A stretch of DNA of 32,000 bases from Candidatus Saccharimonadota bacterium (GCA_049511795.1 JBEKXS010000001.1:90001-122000), one strand, 5' to 3'; shown: positions 1-7,974, counted from the first letter of the stretch. Numbers and translations are program-made. The notes: generated by a model not told the origin, from the letters alone.

Positions 1-54
1 GATATTAATAATATGATATTAAATAACTTATGCACGACAGATTTTGGGATAAAA

Positions 55-297
55 TTACCTTCTTTTTCTCTTGTAATATGCCTTTTCAGTCACGATAAGG
101 TAAATTATTTCTGGAATTCCAAGAAGATTCACTATTAAAAATACAATAAACCACACAATATGATTCATTCTGGCAGATCTCCATAATGCAAGAGCTTTCC
201 AGACAACTGTCCATATTACAACAAGCACGAAAAGAAGCACAAGCATTCCAACAGACATCCCAATATTGGATGCAATCATGTCTAATGTTGTAGCCAT
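55..297 (-). CDS. small integral membrane protein, function unknown
   Basis: 80-aa ORF with hydrophobic segments (LVLLFVLVVIWTVVW, IVWFIVFLIVNLLGI) and a basic KRKRR tail. Divergent from nrdR. Confidence 0.55.
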   Translation of the reverse strand: MATTLDMIASNIGMSVGMLVLLFVLVVIWTVVWKALALWRSARMNHIVWFIVFLIVNLLGIPEIIYLIVTEKAYYKRKRR

Positions 298-485
298 AGA
301 CAGAATAAGCTGCCCGAGTTTATAAACTTTGCAAAAAATATATTGAGAAAATGTCTTTACAATTGTATATTCATGTTATTATATATCAGTAAGTATAAAT
401 CTTTAAATACTTCCCGAAGTTCTGGTCTTCAATTATACAAGCTCTTGGGATAAAAGAGTGTTGCATATACAATAGGTTGTATACA

Positions 486-920
486 ATGAACTGCCCATAT
501 TGCGGTGGAGATTCCAAGGTTACGGACAAGAGAGGCTCTCCTGAGGGAACGAGAAGGCGTCGTGAGTGCTTGAGATGTAAAAAGAGGTTTACCACTTACG
601 AAAGATTGAGCCACGGCGATTTTTTTATAATTAAGAAAGATGGGCGCAGGGAGAAATATTCAAGGGAAAAGCTTGAAACCGGAGTTGAAAGGGCGTTTGA
701 AAAGCGGCCTGTTGCAAAGGAAAAGATAACAAAAATGATAAACGAGATTGAAGAGCAGCTTGGAAAACTTGGAAAAAAAGAGGTTAAGAGTGCGTTCATT
801 GGCGAGTTAGTCATGAAAAAAATAAAAAAGCTTGACAATGTTGCCTACATCAGATTTGCTTCTGTTTACCGTGATTTTCAGGACATAAAAGATTTCAAAA
901 AGGAGCTGAAGGAACTGTAA
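486..920 (+). CDS. nrdR: NrdR-type transcriptional repressor (zinc ribbon + ATP-cone)
   Basis: MNCPYCGG..19 aa..CLRCKKRFTTYE zinc ribbon, followed by an ATP-cone-like body (IKKDGRREKYSREKL...VAYIRFASVYRDF). The ORF track starts at a TTG (477); I prefer the in-frame ATG at 486. The stop lies 1 nt before the nrdJ ATG. Confidence 0.88.
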   Translation: MNCPYCGGDSKVTDKRGSPEGTRRRRECLRCKKRFTTYERLSHGDFFIIKKDGRREKYSREKLETGVERAFEKRPVAKEKITKMINEIEEQLGKLGKKEVKSAFIGELVMKKIKKLDNVAYIRFASVYRDFQDIKDFKKELKEL

Positions 921-921
921 A

Positions 922-3900
922 ATGGGAACTATTAACTATTCTCGCCAAGAAATAAGAGTATATGACAAAGAAAGGCATGTTTCTGTTGAAGAAGCAAATG
1001 AATTATTAGGAAAAAATGATTTGTCTCCAGAATTATTAAAAACAGCAATGGAAACTGGGTTGATAAGAATATATAAATTCAATGGTGGCAAATACCTTGA
1101 CAGACTTGATATAGGTAGGGTTTATGAGAAACCTGTCACAGAAAAAAAAGGTCTTTCTATAGAAAGATTTTTTACAAGACAAGGAGAAAGTCCTTTAGAA
1201 ACAGAAAAATATTCACAAAAACATTTAGAAATAAAGACCAAGGATGGAAAAGTTATTTTTGAAATTGATGCAGAGTTCCCTGAATCATGGGATGAAAATT
1301 CTGCAAGAATAGTTGCTCAGAAATATTTCTTCAGACCCGTAGAATCAGAATGGCAGGAAAGAATAAAAAATAAAACTGGCTTTCCTGGGGAAAACTCATT
1401 GAAGCACTTAATTTCCAGAGTTACAAATTTTTTTGCGGATGAAGGAGAAAAAAGAGGCTATTTTGCAACTCCTGAAGACAAAAGTGCATTTAGGGATGAG
1501 CTATTGTGGTTACAGCTTCATAGAAGGGGCGCATTCAATTCTCCAGTACAGTTCAATGCAGGAATTTTTAATGAATACGGAATAAGGGGGAGCCATAGCA
1601 TAAATTTTTACAGAAACCCAGAAACAGGAGAAGTTATTAAAATGGAAAATCAAGAGTTCATGCATCCTCAGGCTCATGCCTGTTTTATTACAGGACCAAG
1701 AGATGATTTGGAAAGCATTCTTCAACATACTGTTAATGAAGGAGCAATTTTTAGCGCAGGTTCTGGTGTTGGGCAAGATATTGGAGCATTAAGAGAAGAA
1801 GGGGCTCCTTTATCTGGCGGTGGAAAATCTTCAGGACCATTGAGTTTCTTAAAAACAATGGATGATAATGCAGGAACAATAAAATCAGGAGGCAAAAGCA
1901 GAAGAGCTGCAAGAATGACAACAATGAGATATTACCATCCAGACATTATGAAATTCATCGAAGCGAAATTGAAAGAGGACAAAAAGGCTCTTACTTTAAT
2001 AAGAAATGGCTATGAAGGGGGAATGGATGGTGAAGCTTACAGAACAGTTACACTCCAAAATACAAATGTTTCTGTAAGACTTGATGATTATTTCTTCGAA
2101 CAACTAGAAAAAGGAGGGGATGTTGAATTAAAAAGAATAAAAACAGGAGAAGTTGTTGAAAGGGTTTCTGCTGACAGGATGCTCAAGGAAATTGCTTTTG
2201 GAAGCTGGAGAATAGGAGATCCGGGAGTTCAATATGAATCTAAAATTCAAGAGATGCATACTGTTCCTAATTCAGGAAGACAAAACTCAACAAATCCGTG
2301 CGGAGAATACATGTTTTTGAATGATACTTCTTGTAATTTGGCCTCGCTGAACCTTCTTTCTTTCAGTGATGACAAAGGAAATTTTGATTATAAATCAATG
2401 ATAAGGGCTGCAAGAATCTTTGCAATTGCGCAAGACATAGCAAATGATGCAGCATCTTACCCTGTAGAGCAAATTGCAGAAATAAGTCCTGAATTTAGGA
2501 CAATCGGACTTGGATTTGCTAATCTTGGGAGTTTGTTAATGAGAAGAGGACTTGCTTATAACTCTGACGAAGGAAGAGCGCTTGCAGGGGGGATAATGTC
2601 CCTAATTACAGGGGTTGCTTATGAAACTTCAGCAGAAATGGCAGGAGGACTTGGAACATTTACGCATTTCAATTTTAACAGAACAGAGATGCTTGGCGTT
2701 ATGGACACTCACAAAAGAAGTCTTGATGATATTTTATGGGATAAAATTCCTGAACAAGGATTTAAAGAAACAGCTTATCAGACTTGGAGGAATGTCATTC
2801 TGAATGGAATCAAAAACGGATTCAGAAATGCGCAGACAACAGTCATTGCTCCTACCGGAACTATTTCTTATTTAATGGGTGCGCAGGATTCAACAGGGAT
2901 AGAACCTCCTATTTCTTTAATAATAAACAAAGATTTGGCAGGGGGAGGTTCAATAAGAATAGCAAATGCAGAAGTTCCAAATGCTCTTAAAAATCTTGGA
3001 TATGATGAAAAACAGATAAAAGATATTATAGCATATGTAGAAAAACAGGTTTCTCCTGAATTAAGCAGAGGAACAGTTATAGGAGCTCCACACTTGAGTC
3101 CAGATCATTATTCTATATTTGATACAGCTCTTGGAAATTATGAAGGAAAGGGGAGCATTTCTTTCGAGGGACATGTAAGAATGATGGGGGCTGTGCAGCC
3201 TTTTGTTTCTGGAGGAATTTCTAAGACAAACAATCTTCCTGAAAGAGCAACTGTAAAAGACCATTATGAAGGATTTATTCTTGGACATAAATTAGGATTG
3301 AAAGGTTTGACAACATTCAGAACAAACAGTAAGCCTATAAGTGCTATGAATTTCGGGAGAAAAAATTCTGTAGAATTTAAAAGAGGAGAAAAAGAAGATT
3401 TGGTATATAAAAGAAATGCATTTGAGCAAGAAGTTGAAATTGGAGGTTCTCCATTTCATATAATAGTAAGTGAATACCCTGATGGTAGACCTGGTCAAAT
3501 TTTGTTTGCGGCCTACAAAGAAGGAGGAGCTCTTAAATCATTATTCACAATAGAAGGAATTACAGCTTCAAAGGCATTAAAGAGAGGGGTATCTCTTGAA
3601 GATGTAGTAAAAGGTTGGCTGGGGCAAGGATTTGAACCCCATGGATTTGTAAAAATTTCTAATTCAGAGGGTAAAATTGAACCACACCCATATATTAAGG
3701 AGGCATCTTCTGCCCTTGATTTTGCATCCAAACTGCTTTTATTAGAATATATGGGAAGGACTGAATTTGCAGGAGAACCAGATAAAGTTAACAGAAAACA
3801 ATTAAGAGGATTCCAAAATGGAGCATTTAGAACATTTTCAAGAATGAATCTGGATTCTTGGGATGTTAATGCTGTTCTTAATGATGCTGAACTTGGAGGA

Positions 3901-4068
3901 TTTGTAGCTCCAACAGAAGAAGAATTGATTAATGGAAATAATCATACAATACTAATCAATGAAAGAGGAGTTACATGTGATCATTGTGGAAATATCATGA
4001 GAAAAACTTCTTCAAATTGTTATGAGTGTCCTGTTTGTGCAGAAAAAAGAGGTGGTTGTGGACTTTAA
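922..4068 (+). CDS. nrdJ: ribonucleotide reductase, class II (adenosylcobalamin-dependent)
   Basis: 1048 aa. Finger-loop motif STNPCGEYMFLNDTSCNLASLNL, QTTVIAPTGTISY, and a C-terminal Cys cluster CDHCG..CYECPVCAEKRGGCG typical of class II enzymes. There is no ATP-cone; a ~75-aa N-terminal extension is present instead. Confidence 0.92.
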   Translation: MGTINYSRQEIRVYDKERHVSVEEANELLGKNDLSPELLKTAMETGLIRIYKFNGGKYLDRLDIGRVYEKPVTEKKGLSIERFFTRQGESPLETEKYSQKHLEIKTKDGKVIFEIDAEFPESWDENSARIVAQKYFFRPVESEWQERIKNKTGFPGENSLKHLISRVTNFFADEGEKRGYFATPEDKSAFRDELLWLQLHRRGAFNSPVQFNAGIFNEYGIRGSHSINFYRNPETGEVIKMENQEFMHPQAHACFITGPRDDLESILQHTVNEGAIFSAGSGVGQDIGALREEGAPLSGGGKSSGPLSFLKTMDDNAGTIKSGGKSRRAARMTTMRYYHPDIMKFIEAKLKEDKKALTLIRNGYEGGMDGEAYRTVTLQNTNVSVRLDDYFFEQLEKGGDVELKRIKTGEVVERVSADRMLKEIAFGSWRIGDPGVQYESKIQEMHTVPNSGRQNSTNPCGEYMFLNDTSCNLASLNLLSFSDDKGNFDYKSMIRAARIFAIAQDIANDAASYPVEQIAEISPEFRTIGLGFANLGSLLMRRGLAYNSDEGRALAGGIMSLITGVAYETSAEMAGGLGTFTHFNFNRTEMLGVMDTHKRSLDDILWDKIPEQGFKETAYQTWRNVILNGIKNGFRNAQTTVIAPTGTISYLMGAQDSTGIEPPISLIINKDLAGGGSIRIANAEVPNALKNLGYDEKQIKDIIAYVEKQVSPELSRGTVIGAPHLSPDHYSIFDTALGNYEGKGSISFEGHVRMMGAVQPFVSGGISKTNNLPERATVKDHYEGFILGHKLGLKGLTTFRTNSKPISAMNFGRKNSVEFKRGEKEDLVYKRNAFEQEVEIGGSPFHIIVSEYPDGRPGQILFAAYKEGGALKSLFTIEGITASKALKRGVSLEDVVKGWLGQGFEPHGFVKISNSEGKIEPHPYIKEASSALDFASKLLLLEYMGRTEFAGEPDKVNRKQLRGFQNGAFRTFSRMNLDSWDVNAVLNDAELGGFVAPTEEELINGNNHTILINERGVTCDHCGNIMRKTSSNCYECPVCAEKRGGCGL

Positions 4069-4082
4069 TTTCAGAGTTTTAC

Positions 4083-4106
4083 TTTATCACAATGATTTTT
4101 ATAAAC
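4083..4106 (+). promoter_or_regulatory. shared promoter-like motif upstream of the dCMP deaminase gene
   Basis: TTTATCACAATGATTTTTATAAAC. The TATA-like TTTATAAA lies 23-30 nt before the ATG. Near-identical copy at 4641-4665. Confidence 0.6.
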
Positions 4107-4126
4107 CTTAACAAGTATAGAAAATT

Positions 4127-4636
4127 ATGAGTTCCTCAATAGAAATACCTTCTTGGGATGATTATTTTATGACCTTAGTCTATATGGTGGCTTCCAGAAG
4201 CAAAGATTGGAGAACACATATGGGCGCTGTTATTGTCGATCAAAATCATTTTATTGTGTCTACAGGGTATAATAGTTTCCCAAGGCATATTGATGATAAA
4301 AAAGCTGAAAGACAGGAAAAGAATGAGAAAAAATATTGGATATTACATGCTGAAGAAAATGCAATACTCAATTCCGGGAGACTAACCTTAGAAGGATGCA
4401 CATTGTATACTAATGCTATTCCTTGCAGTGATAAATGTGCAATACAAATTGTCCAAAAAAGACCAAAAGAAGTTGTTGTTGATAAAAAATGGCCTACAAA
4501 TACCGCCGAATGGACTGAAAGGAACAAAAGAACATTGGAAATGTTTGCAGAAGCAGAAATAGGTTTTAGGCAGCTTGACACAAATTATATTCAAGTCGTC
4601 AGATTCAACGACGGTATTGTTTTACCCTTAAAATAA
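4127..4636 (+). CDS. dCMP deaminase (ComEB/Dctd family)
   Basis: 169 aa with the WDDYFM start, the zinc-ligand motifs HAEENA and PCSDKC, and typical size. Confidence 0.87.
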   Translation: MSSSIEIPSWDDYFMTLVYMVASRSKDWRTHMGAVIVDQNHFIVSTGYNSFPRHIDDKKAERQEKNEKKYWILHAEENAILNSGRLTLEGCTLYTNAIPCSDKCAIQIVQKRPKEVVVDKKWPTNTAEWTERNKRTLEMFAEAEIGFRQLDTNYIQVVRFNDGIVLPLK

Positions 4637-4640
4637 TCTT

Positions 4641-4665
4641 TTTATCACAATCATATTTATAAAAC
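4641..4665 (+). promoter_or_regulatory. shared promoter-like motif upstream of thyA
   Basis: TTTATCACAATCATATTTATAAAAC. The same 11-mer TTTATCACAAT plus a TATA-like box, 26 nt before the ATG. Confidence 0.6.
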
Positions 4666-4690
4666 GAGGCGCCATAAAATTAAATAAAAA

Positions 4691-5779
4691 ATGGTGAAGC
4701 AGTATCTTGAGCATTCTAGAGAAATATTAACTTCCCCTAAAAGTTTGTTCAAGGGCGGAAGCAAGGAGGTCCCTATTATTTCTTTATTCGGCTACCAGAA
4801 TGAATATGACCTTCGCGATGGTTTTCCTCTTCTTACGACAAAAAAAATGGCAATAATTTCATTGATTCATGAGCTTCTATGGTTTATGAGCGGAGACACA
4901 AATATCAAATATCTTGTCGACAATAAAGTTCCAATATGGACAAGGGATGCATTTAATTTCAACTTGGAAGCAATGGCAAGAGAAGGAGTTTTTCCAGGAC
5001 AACTGGCAAAATATTCCCCCGATTGGCAAAAAGCATTGTCTGAATATGAACAAAGAGTAAGAGAAGATTCAGATTTTGCAAAGAGGTGGGGAAATTTAGG
5101 ACCTGTATATGGTCAGCAATGGAGAAATTGGAAATCTGTTGGCGAAGATGGGAAAGTAGTTGTTGTAGATCAGCTTGGAAAACTTATTGAAAGTTTAGAA
5201 AAAAAGCCAACAAGCAAAAAAATAATTATGACTGCCTGGAATCCAGGGGAATTGTCAAGAATGGCTCTTGAACCTTGCCATATGTTTGTTCAGGTTGATT
5301 CTGACTCAAATGTAATGGACTTATTTATGCATCAGAGAAGCTGTGACCAATTTTTGGGAGTTCCATTTAATATTGCAAGCTATGCAATGTTTACTAAAGT
5401 TATTGCGCAACAAGCAGGATTTGAGACAAGAAGATTTATTCATAGTTTTGGAAGTGCGCATTTTTACTGTGGAACAGGCGAAAGAGGAAGATGGTATGGA
5501 GAACATCTTGATGAATTCAGGCAAAAAGTTGGACAGTGTATGTTTCCAGATGATTATAATGAAGCGCGTTTCTGGTTGGAAAGAAATCTCCCTCCTGAAG
5601 CAGAAGGGCAAGAAGGTTATGATCATGTTACTGCAATTATAGAACAACTTGCTAGACCAACAAGACCATTACCAAAAATGACAATTGCAGACAAGCCTTT
5701 TTATGAATTAAAAAGAGAAGATTTCAAATTAGAAAGTTATGACCCCTGGCCAAAAATAGAAAGAAAAATGGCTGTATAA
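4691..5779 (+). CDS. thyA: thymidylate synthase ThyA family, divergent and long (362 aa)
   Basis: IHELLWFMSGDTN, LGPVYGQQWRNW, TAWNPGEL, catalytic LEPCHMF, HQRSCDQFLGVPFNIASYA, PRPLPK-like RPTRPLPKM and C-terminal MAV. Has two large insertions. Confidence 0.88.
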   Translation: MVKQYLEHSREILTSPKSLFKGGSKEVPIISLFGYQNEYDLRDGFPLLTTKKMAIISLIHELLWFMSGDTNIKYLVDNKVPIWTRDAFNFNLEAMAREGVFPGQLAKYSPDWQKALSEYEQRVREDSDFAKRWGNLGPVYGQQWRNWKSVGEDGKVVVVDQLGKLIESLEKKPTSKKIIMTAWNPGELSRMALEPCHMFVQVDSDSNVMDLFMHQRSCDQFLGVPFNIASYAMFTKVIAQQAGFETRRFIHSFGSAHFYCGTGERGRWYGEHLDEFRQKVGQCMFPDDYNEARFWLERNLPPEAEGQEGYDHVTAIIEQLARPTRPLPKMTIADKPFYELKREDFKLESYDPWPKIERKMAV

Positions 5780-5780
5780 A

Positions 5781-6275
5781 ATGAAAGACCCTGAATTGAT
5801 AATAATCGTTGCTGCATCTTTGAATGATGTAATTGGAAAGGATGGCAATACTCCTTGGGATATTCCTGAAGACAGGCAACATTTCAAAAATCTTACTTTA
5901 AATCATCCTGTGATAATGGGAAGAAAAACTTATGAGTCAATTCCTCCAAGATTCAGGCCTCTTCCGCAAAGAAAGAACATCGTGCTTTCATCTTCTCTTG
6001 AGGAAATTCCAGAAATTTATATTGCAAGAAGCATGAAAGAAGCAATAGAACTTGTAGATGGGCAGGATGCATATGTAATGGGCGGTGCACAAGTTTATAG
6101 AGAATTTTTTAATATTACATCAAGGATAGAATTAACAAGAGTGGAAAGGAAATACGAAGGGGACGCCTTTTTTCCAAGAATTGATCTTACAGTGTGGAAA
6201 AAAGTTGGAAAAGATGAAGATGGAGTAAGCAGGACAGGCATACCTTATTCTTTTCAGAGATATGAAAGAGCATAG
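5781..6275 (+). CDS. folA: dihydrofolate reductase
   Basis: 164 aa: IIVAASLNDVIGKDGNTPW, HPVIMGRKTYESIP, YVMGGAQVY. Starts 1 nt after the thyA stop. Confidence 0.88.
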   Translation: MKDPELIIIVAASLNDVIGKDGNTPWDIPEDRQHFKNLTLNHPVIMGRKTYESIPPRFRPLPQRKNIVLSSSLEEIPEIYIARSMKEAIELVDGQDAYVMGGAQVYREFFNITSRIELTRVERKYEGDAFFPRIDLTVWKKVGKDEDGVSRTGIPYSFQRYERA

Positions 6276-6321
6276 AAGATAGTAAGACAAATTTTATAAA
6301 TCCAGATAATTCTTAGAGTTT

Positions 6322-6660
6322 ATGAAAACAGCAAAAGTCAAAACAAAGGGTGTTACAGAGCTGTCAGGAAATGAATTTCCTGATTTCACAAAAAAAGGCA
6401 CTGTTCTTGTTGATTTTTTTGCAGACTGGTGCATGCCATGCCTCATGATGGCTCCTGTAATGGAAGAACTTTCTGAAAAATTCACAGGAAAGATAAAATT
6501 CGCAAAAATAAATGTTGATGAGAACCAGCAGATTTCACACAAATTCAAGGTCATGTCAATACCAAATTTCATTCTTTTCAAGGACGGCAAGCCAATTGAC
6601 CAGTTTATAGGCTCAATGCCGATGGAAGATTTCGAGGAAAAGCTGAAAAGGCATCTGTAA
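6322..6660 (+). CDS. trxA: thioredoxin-fold protein with WCMPC active site
   Basis: 112 aa: VDFFADWCMPCLMMAP, KINVDEN, VMSIPNFILFKDGK. This is the typical Trx layout. Confidence 0.85.
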   Translation: MKTAKVKTKGVTELSGNEFPDFTKKGTVLVDFFADWCMPCLMMAPVMEELSEKFTGKIKFAKINVDENQQISHKFKVMSIPNFILFKDGKPIDQFIGSMPMEDFEEKLKRHL

Positions 6661-6711
6661 TTATTCTTAGTAGAAAGCTTTTTTAAACATCATTTTATTT
6701 ATTGAGCTAAC

Positions 6712-6786
6712 GGCTCCGTAGCTCAGCATGGATAGAGCACCGGACTTTTAATCCGGGTGTCGTGGGTTCAAATCCCATCGGGGCCA
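6712..6786 (+). tRNA. tRNA-Lys (anticodon UUU)
   Basis: Folded by eye. Acceptor stem GGCTCCG/CGGGGCC (one G-U pair), D arm GCTCAGCATGGATAGAGC, anticodon stem CCGGA/TCCGG with loop CTTTTAA (UUU), T arm GTGGGTTCAAATCCCAT, discriminator A. No encoded CCA. Confidence 0.9.
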
Positions 6787-6810
6787 TTCTGTTTTTCTTT
6801 GTTTTCTCTT
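6787..6810 (+). terminator. T-rich tract after tRNA-Lys (possible archaeal oligo-T terminator)
   Basis: TTCTGTTTTTCTTTGTTTTCTCTT lies immediately 3' of the tRNA. Confidence 0.4.
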
Positions 6811-6852
6811 AGGTATACAAATACTTTTAAATAAAAAAAAGTAAATAAAATA

Positions 6853-7134
6853 ATGTCTTTTGAAATAAAACCATTTGGTAATGGTAAAGGTTTTGGTTAC
6901 AGAGTGGTGAGAGCAGATAATGGTGCATGGACAGAGTCTTATGTTTTTGCAGAAATTATAGACAATCGTTATGTTTTAAGCTGGAATAATGGTCTGTCTC
7001 ATGGAAATTTTAGAGATTTGGGGTTAAATGAAAGAAACGTTGCTGATACAAGTCTCTGGCGCAAAGCGGAAGAATTGTTGGAAGAAAAAATAAAAGAAGA
7101 AGCTGTTTTATCTGGAAGCCATAGCAAAACTTAA
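6853..7134 (+). CDS. hypothetical protein (93 aa)
   Basis: ORF only; no motif recognised. Confidence 0.45.
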   Translation: MSFEIKPFGNGKGFGYRVVRADNGAWTESYVFAEIIDNRYVLSWNNGLSHGNFRDLGLNERNVADTSLWRKAEELLEEKIKEEAVLSGSHSKT

Positions 7135-7158
7135 AAGTAACTTATTCGATACTAATTT

Positions 7159-7569
7159 ATGCATAAGAAAAAAAAGGTGTGGATTTCTGTCATTGTGATT
7201 GTTGCAGCGATTGTCATATTATACTTTGTATTAAAAAGTCCACAAACAGGAACAAATGTAAATAATAACAATGAGAATGCTTCTGCTCCAAATCAAAATG
7301 CTCCATCTTCTGCAAGCACACCAAAAACAAATTTAGCATTATATTATAATCTTGACTGGCAAAAAGATTATATTGACAAGCCGAATAATATTGTTTCAAT
7401 TTCTATTTCAGGAAATTACAACGCGATAAATATAAGCAGCCAGACAGAAATTTCACAAGTAACACTGAGCGGAACAAACAACAAAATAACATTCTGCAAC
7501 AGCACATATCCTGCGCCTGTAATAAACAAAATCGGAATCAACAACGTAATAAATTATGTTGTCTGCTGA
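7159..7569 (+). CDS. N-terminally membrane-anchored hypothetical protein with an Asn-rich linker and a short repetitive beta-like C-terminal region
   Basis: 136 aa. KKKK + VWISVIVIVAAIVILYFVL anchor, then ISISGNYNAINISS / VTLSGTNNKITF repeats. Confidence 0.55.
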   Translation: MHKKKKVWISVIVIVAAIVILYFVLKSPQTGTNVNNNNENASAPNQNAPSSASTPKTNLALYYNLDWQKDYIDKPNNIVSISISGNYNAINISSQTEISQVTLSGTNNKITFCNSTYPAPVINKIGINNVINYVVC

Positions 7570-7665
7570 TTTTTTTCTTAATAGTATAATTTAGTCGCAT
7601 AATGCTTTTAAATAAAATTCCCTTATGTTCTCTATCGGATTTTTTGGTAAATCCATTATAAAAAA

Positions 7666-7923
7666 ATGAGGGTTTTGCTTGAAAGTATTGTTGTTAATGG
7701 TATGAAGTTGTATGCCCCTATTTCTCAAAATGGCGGGAACTACTCAGCATTAATTGGCAGAAAATTTTATGTATGTGAAAAAAGCAAGAAAGGCTACACA
7801 ATAAAGGGTGATAATTTAAGGGCCGCGATGGTTGGAGATGACCCTTTCTTTCCGGGAAAAGAAGATGATGACAAAGACAAAAGAGTAATTTATGATGCAG
7901 TTCCTGAACTGGTATCCCCTTAA
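7666..7923 (+). CDS. hypothetical protein (85 aa)
   Basis: ORF only. Confidence 0.4.
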   Translation: MRVLLESIVVNGMKLYAPISQNGGNYSALIGRKFYVCEKSKKGYTIKGDNLRAAMVGDDPFFPGKEDDDKDKRVIYDAVPELVSP

Positions 7924-7965
7924 GGGAGTTTTTTCATGATTTTTGGCAAATTCCTCTAAATCGCG

Positions 7966-7974
7966 ACGGGACAG
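7966..7974. repeat. left copy of the target-site duplication, ACGGGACAG
   Basis: Identical 9-mer at 12991-12999, in both cases directly abutting the terminal inverted repeats. Confidence 0.8.

Noticed and set aside
477-485. TTG start at 477 for nrdR, as in the ORF track (MYTMNCPYCG).
   Set aside because: NrdR proteins begin directly with the M-x-CP-x-CG zinc ribbon. The in-frame ATG at 486 gives MNCPYCG and sits at the end of the palindrome/TATA-like region.
386-838. Minus-strand ORFs 386-595, 429-614 and 596-838.
   Set aside because: They overlap the nrdR gene and its promoter region. nrdR has an unambiguous zinc-ribbon + ATP-cone signature.
922-4068. Possible intein in the long (1048-aa) class II RNR.
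   Set aside because: RNR motifs run continuously. I saw no intein block signatures (a Cys/Ser-start splice junction followed by ...HN + Cys/Ser/Thr), nor a homing-endonuclease LAGLIDADG pair. The extra length is explained by the N-terminal extension and the C-terminal Cys-rich tail.
6712-6786. tRNA-Lys as the attachment site of an integrase-type island.
   Set aside because: There is no tyrosine/serine recombinase gene and no visible direct repeat of the tRNA 3' end in the downstream 6 kb. The mobile DNA present is explained by the IS6-type IR/TSD instead.
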